DNA of 64,000 bases from Gammaproteobacteria bacterium (GTDB taxonomy: Bacteria > Pseudomonadota > Gammaproteobacteria > UBA4575), in contig OZ251487.1 of NCBI GenBank assembly GCA_965242685.1, forward strand, positions 865,199 to 929,198, given 5' to 3'. A model generated the notes under the pieces. It was not told the origin of the DNA. It ran no database searches and saw nothing but the letters and a program-made list of their open reading frames with translations. The position numbers were made by a program, and so were the translations under genes. Numbering within the stretch: the stretch's first letter is position 1; every line of letters starts with the position of its first letter. Below are positions 8,322 to 19,215 of this stretch, piece by piece.

Positions 8322-10124
8322 CTATTTGTCTACACGTAAAATAGCCAGAAATGCTTCTTGTGGAATTCCCACTTTACCGATTTTTTTCATGCGTTTTTTA
8401 CCTGCCTTCTGCTTTTCCAGCAGTTTCTTTTTGCGCGTTACATCTCCGCCATAGCACTTTGCAGTAACGTTTTTCCGCAACGCCTTGGTTGTCGTCCTGG
8501 CAATGATTTTCGATCCGACTACAGCTTGAATGGCAACATCATACATCTGTCTGGGAATAATCTCCTTCATCTTAACGGCAAGCTCTCTACCGTAAGATTG
8601 TGCCCGATCTTTGTGTACAACGACCGACAGCGCATCTACTCTTTCGCCATTGATCAGTATGTCTAGTTTAACCAAGGGTACCGCCGAAAAATGTGAAAGA
8701 TGGTAATCAAATGAAGCGTAGCCGCGACTCAGCGATTTCAGTTTGTCAAAAAAGTCCAGGACGATCTCGCTCAAAGGCAACTGAAAGATGACCAATACTT
8801 GATTGCCGTAATAGTGCAAGTTTTTTTGTGTGCCGCGCTTTTCAATACACAAGGTTATCACGCTGCCTACGTATTTATGTGGAACTAGGATTGAGGCAGA
8901 GATAATCGGCTCTCGAATTTCCTTCACCTTGTTTGCCGCCGGCAAAGCGGACGGATTATGTATGTGTTGAATTTCGCCATCCGTAGTGTGTATTTCATAA
9001 ACTACCGTTGGCGCCGTGGTTATCAACGCCAGTGCATATTCACGCTCAAGACGTTCTTGAACGATCTCCATGTGCAACATACCAAGAAACCCGCATCGAA
9101 AACCAAACCCCAGCGCGTCGGACGTTTCAGGTTCATACGTAAACGCGGAGTCATTGAGCCGAAGCTTTTCCAGTGCACTTCGAAATGCCGCGTAATCGTC
9201 CGCGTTGACTGGGAATACGCCGGCAAAAACGTTGGGGCGAACTTCTTTGAAACCTTGCAACGGCCGTTTGGCAGGCGCAACAACCGACGTGAACGTGTCC
9301 CCCACTTTTGCTGCGGAAATATCTTTTATCCCGCAAATCACGTAACCGACCTGCCCCGACTTTAGGGTTTTGGACTCGGTACGCTTAGGTGTAAATATAC
9401 CTACCTTTTCAACCTGGTAGTCTCTCCCCGAAGACATCGCCACAACTTTTCCCCCACACTTGATTTCACCCTGCACCACGCGCACCAATGATATGACCCC
9501 GACGTAACTGTCAAACCACGAGTCAATGATAAGTGCCTTGAGAACGCCGCTTGCCGAACCTTTCCGCGAACTCACAGGGGCGGGAAGTCGTTTTACTATC
9601 GCCTCCAACACATCTTCCACACCTTGTCCAGTTTTGGCGCTCACCAACAAAGGTCGGGAGGCATCGATACCGATAACATCTTCGATCTCAGCTGCAACCT
9701 TTTCTGTATCGGCGGAAGGCAGGTCGATCTTATTTAATACCGGAACGATCTCCAGGCCGAGATCGAGCGCGGTGTAGCAATTTGCGACACTTTGCGCTTC
9801 TACACCTTGAGACGCATCAACGATAAGCAGTGCCCCTTCACAGGCCGCCAAAGAACGAGAAACTTCGTAAGAGAAATCAACGTGCCCGGGGGTATCGATG
9901 AAATTAAGTTGATAGATATACCCGTCGTTTGCCCGATAACGCAGTGACACACTTTGGGCTTTTATAGTGATACCACGCTCACGTTCCAGCTCCATGGAAT
10001 CCAGCACTTGTTCGCTCATCTCACGTTCGGACAAGCCACCGCAATGCTGAATAAAACGATCCGCTAAAGTGGTCTTGCCATGATCGATGTGTGCGATGAT
10101 GGAAAAGTTTCGGATACGCTCCAT
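8322..10124 (-). CDS. lepA: elongation factor 4 (translational GTPase LepA)
   Basis: [24 protein letters not shown]1 motif, [14 protein letters not shown], about 600 aa. Confidence 0.95.
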   Translation of the reverse strand: MERIRNFSIIAHIDHGKTTLADRFIQHCGGLSEREMSEQVLDSMELERERGITIKAQSVSLRYRANDGYIYQLNFIDTPGHVDFSYEVSRSLAACEGALLIVDASQGVEAQSVANCYTALDLGLEIVPVLNKIDLPSADTEKVAAEIEDVIGIDASRPLLVSAKTGQGVEDVLEAIVKRLPAPVSSRKGSASGVLKALIIDSWFDSYVGVISLVRVVQGEIKCGGKVVAMSSGRDYQVEKVGIFTPKRTESKTLKSGQVGYVICGIKDISAAKVGDTFTSVVAPAKRPLQGFKEVRPNVFAGVFPVNADDYAAFRSALEKLRLNDSAFTYEPETSDALGFGFRCGFLGMLHMEIVQERLEREYALALITTAPTVVYEIHTTDGEIQHIHNPSALPAANKVKEIREPIISASILVPHKYVGSVITLCIEKRGTQKNLHYYGNQVLVIFQLPLSEIVLDFFDKLKSLSRGYASFDYHLSHFSAVPLVKLDILINGERVDALSVVVHKDRAQSYGRELAVKMKEIIPRQMYDVAIQAVVGSKIIARTTTKALRKNVTAKCYGGDVTRKKKLLEKQKAGKKRMKKIGKVGIPQEAFLAILRVDK

Positions 10125-10204
10125 AAAACTTTGGAGTTAAGCGGAAAATCCTTCAGTCATGGTAAGCAAGGGGCCAGATTATCGTTCATTTTTAATAGCT
10201 TTCA

Positions 10205-11644
10205 CTACTCTTTTTCCGGTACACGCATTGCCAAAAATTCCGGCCCGTGCGGACGTTGAACTAGTAGAGAAAAAAACTTGCCCGGCATCAGGGCCTCGAC
10301 GCGCCGTTTGAAATCATCAACGTCATCAATGCGGGTGCCGTCAATCATTTGAATGACGTCACCTTGGCGGACGCCGGCCCGCTTGCCTACATTACTTTTT
10401 ACCTCCAACACGACAAGCCCGCCCTGCTCCAGTTCCATCGTTTTCTTTTCTTCTTCTGTAAGTGCCCGTAGAGATATACCTAAAACGGTGCTTTCAGTCC
10501 CTTCATCGACCTGCTTCCCGCCGGCAAGTAGCGGATCTTTTTCCGGCAGCTGACCAACTTTCAGTCTGAGGGTTTTCATCTTGTCGTCACGCATTACCTT
10601 GATCGTGACCATTGCGCCAACCTTGGTTTTGCCTACCATCGCCGGCAGGGCGGCAGAGTTTCTTACTTCTTTGCCGTCGTAAGCAAGAATAATGTCTCCC
10701 ACTTTAATTCCTGAGGTTTCGGCCGGGCTATCCGGTAAAATTTTCGCCACCAATGCACCGATGGGCTTTTCCATGCCGAACGATTCAGCCAATTCGCGCG
10801 TCACTTCCTGGATGTAAACACCCAGCCACCCTCTTGACACATAGCCATTTCTCTTGAGCTGATCCACCACGTCCATTGCATCTTCAATAGGAATTGCAAA
10901 AGATAGCCCCATGAATCCGCCGGAACGAGTATAGATTTGAGAATTGATCCCCACAACGTTACCTTCCAGGTCAAACAAAGGGCCTCCCGAGTTGCCAGGA
11001 TTGATGGCCACGTCAGTCTGAATGAAAGGTACATAGTTTTCGCTTGGCAGACTACGCCCCTTGGCACTTACAATGCCCGTGGTAACGGATGCATCAAAGC
11101 CGAAGGGAGAACCAATCGCCAACACCCACTGGCCAACTTTTACATCATCGGAAGAACCAAGTTTTACAACAGGCAACCCTGTCGCTTCGAGTTTCAGTAA
11201 AGCAATGTCGCTACGCGGGTCACTGCCGACCAATTCGGCGGGCAGCTGCCGGCGGTCGCTCAGCTTTACAATAATCTCATCGGCACCTTTGACGACATGG
11301 TGGTTGGTAATCACGTAACCGTCCGTCGAGAGGATAAAACCGGAACCGAGTGAACGTGAATTGAAAAACTCTTCGCCGTTACCGCCCCGTTCACCAAAAA
11401 ATCTACGTAACAAATCACCAAAAGGCCCTTCTTCAGGAAATTCGGGCATATCCAGCTGCGGAGGGATTGCCTGACTAAGCTTTTTCTGCTTGCTTGTACT
11501 GATGTTCACTACCGCATCGGCGTTTTCCTCAATTAACTTGGTAAAATCTGGCAGGCTGTAATGGGCATGTGCGTGGATGGTCATTGCAACCAACAACGTT
11601 CCAACGACAAAAGCATTAGCGATAAAAATACTCCATCTCTTCAT
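10205..11644 (-). CDS. degP: Do/HtrA-family periplasmic serine endoprotease (DegP/MucD) with two PDZ domains
   Basis: Signal peptide. Catalytic-triad blocks TNHHVV, D..ALLK, GNSGGPL. Position directly after rseB as in sigma-E operons. Confidence 0.9.
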   Translation of the reverse strand: MKRWSIFIANAFVVGTLLVAMTIHAHAHYSLPDFTKLIEENADAVVNISTSKQKKLSQAIPPQLDMPEFPEEGPFGDLLRRFFGERGGNGEEFFNSRSLGSGFILSTDGYVITNHHVVKGADEIIVKLSDRRQLPAELVGSDPRSDIALLKLEATGLPVVKLGSSDDVKVGQWVLAIGSPFGFDASVTTGIVSAKGRSLPSENYVPFIQTDVAINPGNSGGPLFDLEGNVVGINSQIYTRSGGFMGLSFAIPIEDAMDVVDQLKRNGYVSRGWLGVYIQEVTRELAESFGMEKPIGALVAKILPDSPAETSGIKVGDIILAYDGKEVRNSAALPAMVGKTKVGAMVTIKVMRDDKMKTLRLKVGQLPEKDPLLAGGKQVDEGTESTVLGISLRALTEEEKKTMELEQGGLVVLEVKSNVGKRAGVRQGDVIQMIDGTRIDDVDDFKRRVEALMPGKFFSLLVQRPHGPEFLAMRVPEKE

Positions 11645-11813
11645 TATTTATACTCCGTTTTGATCCTGCATTTACTTACAATGTATAATGGTTATCTACC
11701 TTTGGAATTCCGGACTGAGGTAAGGTAAGCCAACCACACCAGTCTGTAAACTTCATCAAAAGTGAATAAGGCTCTATGTAGAAGCTGCCGTAATTTGCGG
11801 TTCGTATCGTACG

Positions 11814-12827
11814 TTATGGACGCGCATAAAAAACCGATGAACCAATCATTTCTACTACTTTCCCCGGAACTTCGCCCACGACCGTTATTCGATGTTGGTT
11901 AAAATTACGGATATAGGCGTTGATAACGCCTTTACTGTGTGCACCCTGATAGACGTATTGCGGGAGATCGACCTTACTTATAAATACAGAAACAGAGGCT
12001 AGCCCATCACTAAGTGCGATATGCTGCACCGGTCTTTTACTGGCACTCATCAAACGTCTTGTGACGCTATTCAGAGAAAATCCGGGAGGTAAATTTTTTA
12101 TTTCCCATGCCGGGTCGGGTTGCAGTTTCTCGGTGAGTCCCGTACCCGCCGTCTTCCAAGTATAATCATCCAATTTCACGCCAGGCTCAAACCATACATC
12201 AGGTACCGACTGAAGGGCTCGAAAACTTGTAAACATCATCTTCTCAATCACTTTTCCATTTGTGTCAAATGTTTTGGACTCCAGTAGCATACCTGATCCC
12301 GTGCCGATACATAGTTCGTGCCCGTAGCGAAGCTTATCCAGCGGTTCAAATCTTATTATTTTACAACGAAGCCCGGCAACACGTGCGTGACCCATTTCGA
12401 CAATTTCGTAATGGCTCAGCCGGCTTGCGGCCGCCGATACAAAGGAAGGCGGGAAACGATGTTTTGTATGGGCGGCTTCAATAACAACCAGTTTGTGTTT
12501 TGGCCAGATACACGTAAGTACACCCCGATCACGAATGATTTTGCGTGCATCTCCGGTCAACGAAATTAGCTTCTCCCTAACACCGGCAGATGAATACTCA
12601 CGAACAACTTGCATGGTCTCAATACTTTCACCGTACATCAATACAAATGTACCCTGGTAACTGCCTACTTCCAAGGCGTGGTTCATTCTATCAAGGAGTG
12701 CCTGCACGCCGTCTTCCGAATAGGCGGCAGATACACTGCCGACCAAAAACACCACAAACAATATGCGTATCAGAAACACGCGATGACTACTCGTTATTTT
12801 CAGACTGAATCTGGTCATAACCAACAA
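11814..12827 (-). CDS. rseB: sigma-E regulatory protein RseB/MucB
   Basis: About 337 aa periplasmic protein downstream of the rseA-like gene. Blocks NLPPGF, SDGLASVSVF and ITVVGEVP parallel E. coli RseB (WLPQGF, SDGLFSFSV, ITIVGELP). Confidence 0.8.
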   Translation of the reverse strand: MLVMTRFSLKITSSHRVFLIRILFVVFLVGSVSAAYSEDGVQALLDRMNHALEVGSYQGTFVLMYGESIETMQVVREYSSAGVREKLISLTGDARKIIRDRGVLTCIWPKHKLVVIEAAHTKHRFPPSFVSAAASRLSHYEIVEMGHARVAGLRCKIIRFEPLDKLRYGHELCIGTGSGMLLESKTFDTNGKVIEKMMFTSFRALQSVPDVWFEPGVKLDDYTWKTAGTGLTEKLQPDPAWEIKNLPPGFSLNSVTRRLMSASKRPVQHIALSDGLASVSVFISKVDLPQYVYQGAHSKGVINAYIRNFNQHRITVVGEVPGKVVEMIGSSVFYARP

Positions 12828-13368
12828 TTCTTACATGAGGCATGGAGGCACGAAGAGAAGCATATTCTGCATGATTGACAACATAACTATTAAACTCCGC
12901 CAGTGCATCGAGACTCAAAACAAAATTGTGCAATTCTTGCTCGCCGATACGTTGCGCGTCACCATCTTCAACAACTTGCCCGGCCACGATCCGGGCACCG
13001 GCACCATCGGTATCCACGACTGGTGGCGTCAAGCTTTGAAAGGCAACCAACAAAAACACGGCCAGCGATGCGGCAAGGGCCAAGCCTGTCACAGCTTTCA
13101 TCTTTGCACGCCCTCGTCCCGACTCATTTGAACTTGAATCCGATTTCACCATGCAGGCCACCCTATCCACCACGTCATCGGAAAGGTGACCCTGTAATCG
13201 AGACGGCAACTGTCCGCGCATGGCATGACCGATGATATTGTAACGCTGAAATTTGGCGCGCAATTCACGGCTGGACTGCATTTTTCTCAAAATACGCCGC
13301 ATCTCAAACTCAGAGATGTCCTCATCATCAAACAACCTCGACAAGAGTTCTTGGTCGGTTGCCCTCAT
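12787..13368 (-). CDS. rseA: anti-sigma-E factor RseA/MucA
   Basis: N-terminal anti-sigma domain pattern (LSRLFDDEDISEFEMRRILRKMQSSRELRAKFQRYNIIGHAMRG), a single TM segment, and position between rpoE and rseB. Confidence 0.75.
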   Translation of the reverse strand: MRATDQELLSRLFDDEDISEFEMRRILRKMQSSRELRAKFQRYNIIGHAMRGQLPSRLQGHLSDDVVDRVACMVKSDSSSNESGRGRAKMKAVTGLALAASLAVFLLVAFQSLTPPVVDTDGAGARIVAGQVVEDGDAQRIGEQELHNFVLSLDALAEFNSYVVNHAEYASLRASMPHVRIVGYDQIQSENNE

Positions 13369-13388
13369 GGTAAATTTACCCCGTGTAG

Positions 13389-13973
13389 TTAGCTCAGCAA
13401 GGGTTTAAGACGTTTGTCAATGGCTTCACGTGCCCGAAAAATTCTTGATCGTACAGTACCTATAGGGCATTCCACTACCGCCGCAATTTCATCGTAGGAC
13501 AATCCCCCAATCTCGCGTAGCGTAATCACTGTCCTCAGGTCATCTGATAGTCCCTTGATAGCTTGATAGATCGTTTTTTCAATTTCATTCGTAAGCGTAT
13601 CTCTCTCGGGCGTGCCGCATTCTTTCATGGCAGCCACACACTCCATGTTCTCCGCACTTTCCACATCTACGGTATAAGCAGGAACTTTTCGGTTCCGTAG
13701 CATTATATAATTTTTAGCGGAATTTATTGCAATCCTATACAACCACGTGTAAAAAGCACTGTCTCCTCGAAATTTTGCAAGGCCTTGATAAGCCTTTATA
13801 AAAGTCTCCTGTACGATGTCTTGGGCCTCATCTTCGTCCTTTACATAATGAATAGCCAGATTAGCAATCTTATATTGGTACTTTACAACCAGTGCATCGA
13901 AAGCCGCCGAATCGCCCTGTTGAGCCTTCTTGACTAGCTCCGAGTCATTACTATCTCTGCCCACTTCGGCCAA
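13389..13973 (-). CDS. rpoE: ECF RNA polymerase sigma factor sigma-E (sigma-24)
   Basis: 194 aa. Sigma-70 region 2 and region 4 patterns (YKIANLAIHYVKDEDEAQDIVQETFIKAY; SYDEIAAVVECPIGTVRSRIFRARE). Divergent from nadB as in E. coli. Confidence 0.9.
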   Translation of the reverse strand: MAEVGRDSNDSELVKKAQQGDSAAFDALVVKYQYKIANLAIHYVKDEDEAQDIVQETFIKAYQGLAKFRGDSAFYTWLYRIAINSAKNYIMLRNRKVPAYTVDVESAENMECVAAMKECGTPERDTLTNEIEKTIYQAIKGLSDDLRTVITLREIGGLSYDEIAAVVECPIGTVRSRIFRAREAIDKRLKPLLS

Positions 13974-14148
13974 GCTTTCACGTTACAACTGCCTGCAAGC
14001 AGCCATGTCTGTAAGACAATTTTACAGTGCAAGAGTTCTCTATCATGCTTGCAGCACAGAATTCTATTGCCAAACGGTATTGTTTTGTTAATTTGGTTGC
14101 AGCGATCATAACCAAGTAAAATTACAGCATAAAAGCCCCACTATACCC

Positions 14149-15801
14149 ATGCACGATTTCGATGTCTTAATCATAGGTAGCGGTGCAGCAGGCCTGAGTC
14201 TTGCGCTGCACCTTAATCCGGCCTATCGAGTGGCTGTAATTTCCAAGGGTGCACTCGATGCAGGCAACACGGCCTGGGCACAAGGCGGCATTTCCGCGGT
14301 GATTGACGACGAAGATTCCGTTGAACAACATGTAACCGATACGATGGAGGTGGGTACCGGCCTCTGTGATGAATCCACGGTGTTACACACGGCTACGCAC
14401 GGCAAGAAAATGATCTCCTGGCTGACCGAGTTAGGCGTCAAGTTTACACGAGAAACGATAGCCGGTAAGTCCTATCTCCATTTAAACCGTGAAGGTGGGC
14501 ACACCAACCGCAGAATCGTCCATGCAGAAGATGCTACCGGTCGAGCCATAGAAAATGCCTTGATCAAAAACATATCTAAAAAAAAGCACATCAGCATTTT
14601 TGAATACCACATTGCCATCGACTTAATCACTACACGTAAAATTATCCCTGCTACAACACAGCATTCAAACAACTGTTGCATCGGTGCGTACATACTCGAC
14701 ACAAAGAAACAAACTGTAGAAACCTTCAAGGCCAGGCATACAGTGCTCGCAACCGGTGGGGCCGGCAAAGCCTACCTGTACACAAGCAACTCCGATGGTG
14801 CTTCAGGCGACGGCGTTGCCATGGCTTGGCGCGCAGGTTGTCGCGTCGCAAACATGGAATTCATTCAGTTCCATCCCACCTGTCTTTATCATTCCAGTGC
14901 CAAGACGTATCTGATCACGGAGGCCATTCGCGGGGAAGGCGGAAAACTGTTACTGCCCGACGGCTCGGAGTTTGCCCATGAGTTTGATGCGCGTGGCGCG
15001 CTGGCTCCCCGTGATATTGTTGCGCGCGCGATTGACTACAAAATGAAAAAACTGGGCATTGACTGCGTATATCTGGACATCAGCCACAAACCAAAGGCAT
15101 TTATTGAATCCCACTTTCCAAATGTATATGCAAACTGCTTGAAGTTGGGGTATGACATCTCAACGACCCTGCTACCGGTAGTGCCGGCGGCACACTATAC
15201 ATGCGGAGGCGTGATTACGGATCTGCATGGTCGGACCGATATCGACAGCTTATATGCTATCGGCGAAACGACCTGTACGGGATTGCACGGTGCAAACCGC
15301 ATGGCCAGTAATTCCTTGCTAGAATGCCTGGTGTTCGCCAAATCCGTTAGCGAAGACGTCAATTCACGCAAGCAAAAAGATATAACGGACATTGCTATCC
15401 CTGTTTGGGACGAAAGCCGTGTAACCGAGCCGGATGAAGAGATCGTAGTTGCCCATAACTGGGATGAAGTAAGGAGATTCATGTGGGATTACGTCGGCAT
15501 TGTACGCACCAATAAACGGCTGCAACGCGCCAAACACCGTGTCGATTTACTGCTCTCGGAAATTGATGAGTATTACAGAAACTTTCGTGTCAGCAGCGAT
15601 CTGATCGAATTACGCAACTTGGTTTTAGTGGCCGATTTGATTATTCGAAGCGCCCTGTCAAGAAAAGAAAGTCGAGGCCTGCATTACACGCTGGACTATC
15701 CAGAGACAAACCCTGAAATGGCAAACATGGACACCGTCCTAGAACCGAGAGTTGAAACCGCGACCGCCAAACGTTTATTCCCACGCGCGCCTCCCTGCTG
15801 A
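14149..15801 (+). CDS. nadB: L-aspartate oxidase
   Basis: FAD-binding [20 protein letters not shown]. Full-length succinate-dehydrogenase-like flavoprotein of 550 aa. Confidence 0.9.
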   Translation: MHDFDVLIIGSGAAGLSLALHLNPAYRVAVISKGALDAGNTAWAQGGISAVIDDEDSVEQHVTDTMEVGTGLCDESTVLHTATHGKKMISWLTELGVKFTRETIAGKSYLHLNREGGHTNRRIVHAEDATGRAIENALIKNISKKKHISIFEYHIAIDLITTRKIIPATTQHSNNCCIGAYILDTKKQTVETFKARHTVLATGGAGKAYLYTSNSDGASGDGVAMAWRAGCRVANMEFIQFHPTCLYHSSAKTYLITEAIRGEGGKLLLPDGSEFAHEFDARGALAPRDIVARAIDYKMKKLGIDCVYLDISHKPKAFIESHFPNVYANCLKLGYDISTTLLPVVPAAHYTCGGVITDLHGRTDIDSLYAIGETTCTGLHGANRMASNSLLECLVFAKSVSEDVNSRKQKDITDIAIPVWDESRVTEPDEEIVVAHNWDEVRRFMWDYVGIVRTNKRLQRAKHRVDLLLSEIDEYYRNFRVSSDLIELRNLVLVADLIIRSALSRKESRGLHYTLDYPETNPEMANMDTVLEPRVETATAKRLFPRAPPC

Positions 15802-16362
15802 CGCGTCGCTTGACGTTGCGGTTCGCAACAAGTGCCGGCGATAGTATTTCAGCTCTTCGATAGAGTCCCGTATGTCGCTAAGTGCCAGGTGCCTGGATTC
15901 CTTGACAAAACCTTTTGCAACATCGGGGCACCATCGCCGCGCCAATTCTTTCAAAGTGCTGACATCAAGGTTACGATAGTGAAAATATTTTTCTAGCGTA
16001 GGCATATAGTGTGCCAAAAACCTTCGATCCTGGCAGATGCTGTTACCACACATCGGCGAGCCGTTATCCGTCACGTGTTGCCGAAGAAACTCCAGGGTTT
16101 CCCGTTCAGCCTGTTGCTCATCGATGGTACTCCTTTTGACGCGCGCTATTAAACCGGATTTTGTATGTTGCCTGGTATTCCAGTCGTCCATTGCATCCAA
16201 TACGAAAGGCCGCTGGTAAATTGCCACTACCGGCCCTACCGCCAGTTCATCCAGACCCTTATCGGTCACGACGGTCGCTATTTCAATAATGCGGTCTACG
16301 GACGGATCCAAGCCCGTCATCTCCAGGTCTATCCAAATCAAGTTATCCGGACTCGCGGGCAT
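15775..16362 (-). CDS. orn: oligoribonuclease
   Basis: DEDDh exonuclease motif at the N-terminus ([27 protein letters not shown]). Confidence 0.85.
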   Translation of the reverse strand: MPASPDNLIWIDLEMTGLDPSVDRIIEIATVVTDKGLDELAVGPVVAIYQRPFVLDAMDDWNTRQHTKSGLIARVKRSTIDEQQAERETLEFLRQHVTDNGSPMCGNSICQDRRFLAHYMPTLEKYFHYRNLDVSTLKELARRWCPDVAKGFVKESRHLALSDIRDSIEELKYYRRHLLRTATSSDASAGRRAWE

Positions 16363-16388
16363 AATGTAAGGGGTAATGACGGGCCGGT

Positions 16389-16976
16389 TTAATACTTCTT
16401 GCGGTCCGCAAAGGCTTGGGCAATGGTGTTTTGATCGACAAATTCCAACTCGCCACCAACCGGCACCCCTTGTGCAAGGCGCGTGGTCGGAATGTTGTGT
16501 TTTTTTGCCATCTCACTCAATACGTGGGCGGTGACTTCGCCTTCAACTGTTGAGTTCGTCGCCAATATGAGTTCTTCGACAGCCCCTTCAACCAGATGGT
16601 TTTCCAGCACCTCGAGACCCAGCTCTTTCGGCCCTACTCCTTCCAGTGGCGAAAGACGCCCCATTAAAACAAAATAGCGCCCCTTGTAACTCGTGCTTTT
16701 TTCGATAGTAAGCACGTCGGCGGGATTTTCAACTACACAGATTTGCGAGTCAATGCGCATTTGATTCGAACAAATTGAGCAGAGCTCATGTTCGGTGAAA
16801 ATGCGGCACTTGTTACAGTTACCGATTTTTTCAATTGCCTCATGTAGCGTGTCCGCAAGGTACTTCGCCCCTTCTCGGTCGCGTTGCAAAAGATGAAATG
16901 CCATCCTTTGGGCAGACTTGGGGCCGACTCCCGGCAAGCACTTCAGCGATTTGATCAATGCGTCCATAAGCCGCAT
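16389..16976 (-). CDS. recR: recombination protein RecR
   Basis: [20 protein letters not shown] HhH motif, C4 zinc finger (CNKC...CSIC), Toprim block. ybaB-recR order is conserved. Start could be either of two nearby Met codons. Confidence 0.9.
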   Translation of the reverse strand: MRLMDALIKSLKCLPGVGPKSAQRMAFHLLQRDREGAKYLADTLHEAIEKIGNCNKCRIFTEHELCSICSNQMRIDSQICVVENPADVLTIEKSTSYKGRYFVLMGRLSPLEGVGPKELGLEVLENHLVEGAVEELILATNSTVEGEVTAHVLSEMAKKHNIPTTRLAQGVPVGGELEFVDQNTIAQAFADRKKY

Positions 16977-17020
16977 CGGGTGCGCGTCATGGTTCATACG
17001 ACTTACGGACACGGTGCGAC

Positions 17021-17344
17021 TTAGAATGGTAACTTCATGCCGCCGGGCAGGTTCAGCCCACCTGCCAAGCCGGAAAGCTGATCTTTCATTATTTGTTCTA
17101 CCTTGTTGGAAGCATCATTAAAGGCGGCCGCTATCAGGTCTTCCAACATATCCTTGTCATCACGAAGCAGACCGTCTTCTACCGATACCTTCCGAACCTC
17201 GTGCTTGCCGGTCATCGTAATTTTAACCAAGCCTCCACCCGCCTGCCCCTCAACTTCGAGGGTGCTCAACCTCTGTTGCGCCTTCTGCATCTCTTCCTGC
17301 ATCTTCTGCGTTTGCTTCATCAGGTTTCCTATTCCGCCTTTCAT
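17021..17344 (-). CDS. ybaB: nucleoid-associated protein YbaB/EbfC
   Basis: [23 protein letters not shown]...[19 protein letters not shown] is the YbaB signature. Sits between dnaX and recR. Confidence 0.9.
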   Translation of the reverse strand: MKGGIGNLMKQTQKMQEEMQKAQQRLSTLEVEGQAGGGLVKITMTGKHEVRKVSVEDGLLRDDKDMLEDLIAAAFNDASNKVEQIMKDQLSGLAGGLNLPGGMKLPF

Positions 17345-17368
17345 GTCGTGCTCCAATTCTCCAATGCT

Positions 17369-18961
17369 TTATTCTTCGATGGCTCTTACTGAACCCTGGA
17401 TCACCTTTGCCCCAAACGTTGATTTGCAAGCCTGCACGATCTGATCTTCCTCTACGCGTTGTTCTGCCAACGACTGCTGCCTTGCCACTTTGCGCTCCTT
17501 TTCTTCAGCGGGGGTCTCTACTTCATGCGAAGAAATGTCGATGATCAGTGACAAATCTGTACCAAAATACACTTGCAGGGCCTCTTTCAATTGTCGTTTT
17601 GCATGCTCTGTTGCAACCCCTTCATGCTGTTCGGCAAGATTCAAAACCATGGTGTCGTGCGTGATATTCTTCACGCTACAGTTCGAGGCAAGGAAAGAAG
17701 ATACGCCCTGCAAACCTAGGCCGGCTGTAACCACTGACCAAAGTCCCTTGTTTTCATTCAATCCGCGCAGGCTTTCAACCTTGGTCTGTTGGTAGGCCTG
17801 CTCGCTTTGAATACCAGTTTCTTTTTCAGGTTTGACAGGCTTTACCGAGGCTTTTCTAACCGTGGCACCGCCCTCGCCGGCAGGCACAAATGAAAGCATG
17901 CGCAACAGTGTCATCTCCAGTGCTCCGTGAGGGGATGCCGCAAGGCCCAGATCGCACCTCCCAATCAGTGCAATCTGGTAAAAGAGTTGTACATCTTCGG
18001 GGGAAAGTTGCTTACTCAAACTTGCAATCATCTCCGTATCGTAATTCATATCGTCCCGCGTGCCCGGCACAAGTTGTAACAAGGCAACCTGATGTAGTAT
18101 ACAAATGATATCTCCAAACAAGCCTTCGAAATCGACAGAGAGTTGTGCAAGTTCATGGGTACATTGCATGACCATTGCAGCATCCTTATCCGCCAGCGCA
18201 AGCATTAACCTGTGCAGGTATTCCTTGGGTACGGTGCCCAGCATTTCACGTACCGTTGTGTCCGTAACGTTCCTGTCACCGTGCGCGATGGCCTGGTCCA
18301 GCAAGCTCAAGGCATCACGCATACTGCCGCCTGCCGCATCGGCAAGCGCACGTAAAGCAATCTGCTCAAATACAACGTCTTCAGCCTGTGTGATTTTTTC
18401 CAGTTGCCGAGTAATGACTTCATCCGGCAGCCTTTTTAAATGAAACGACAAACAACGAGACAGTACCGTCATAGGTATCCTTTGCGGTTCCGTCGTGGCT
18501 AAAAAAAACTTAACGTGTGGAGGCGGCTCTTCCAATGTCTTTAACAAGGCGTTGAAGCTGTGCTTTGACAGCATGTGCACCTCATCAATCAAATACACTT
18601 TATACTTACCGCTCGTCGGGTTGTATTGAACGTTGTCAAGCAATCCGCGGGTATCTTCTACTTGGGTATGGGAGGCGGCATCTACCTCGATTAGATCAAT
18701 AGAACGACCTTCATCAATTTCCCGGCATGTGCCACATGTACCACAGGGATCGGAACGAGTTCCCTGCTCACAATTCAAACATTTGGCAAACACCCGCGCT
18801 AGGGTAGTCTTACCAACGCCGCGCGTGCCCACAAATAAATAGGCGTGATGCAGGCGATCTTGATCCAGCGCATTGGTCAACGCCTTCACCACGTGGTGCT
18901 GACCTACGACCTCGGTAAAGCTCTTGGGCCGCCACTTTCGTGCTAATGCCTGATAACTCAT
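17369..18961 (-). CDS. dnaX: DNA polymerase III subunits gamma/tau
   Basis: MSYQALARKWRPKSFTEVVGQHHV...GTRGVGKTTLARVFAKCLNCE Walker A and Zn-binding cysteines. Confidence 0.9.
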   Translation of the reverse strand: MSYQALARKWRPKSFTEVVGQHHVVKALTNALDQDRLHHAYLFVGTRGVGKTTLARVFAKCLNCEQGTRSDPCGTCGTCREIDEGRSIDLIEVDAASHTQVEDTRGLLDNVQYNPTSGKYKVYLIDEVHMLSKHSFNALLKTLEEPPPHVKFFLATTEPQRIPMTVLSRCLSFHLKRLPDEVITRQLEKITQAEDVVFEQIALRALADAAGGSMRDALSLLDQAIAHGDRNVTDTTVREMLGTVPKEYLHRLMLALADKDAAMVMQCTHELAQLSVDFEGLFGDIICILHQVALLQLVPGTRDDMNYDTEMIASLSKQLSPEDVQLFYQIALIGRCDLGLAASPHGALEMTLLRMLSFVPAGEGGATVRKASVKPVKPEKETGIQSEQAYQQTKVESLRGLNENKGLWSVVTAGLGLQGVSSFLASNCSVKNITHDTMVLNLAEQHEGVATEHAKRQLKEALQVYFGTDLSLIIDISSHEVETPAEEKERKVARQQSLAEQRVEEDQIVQACKSTFGAKVIQGSVRAIEE

Positions 18962-18997
18962 GTTATGGAGCTGCAATCACAAGTATTACGACCTGCG

Positions 18998-19108
<111 letters not shown>

Positions 19109-19215
19109 GCCTATCACTCGTTTTACTAAAAGCCTTTAATCCAATACCCGTTGCAGAAATCGGCAAACTACCTTATAGCGGGAAATGCCCGAACTCTCTT
19201 TGCCCTGCTGTTCAG

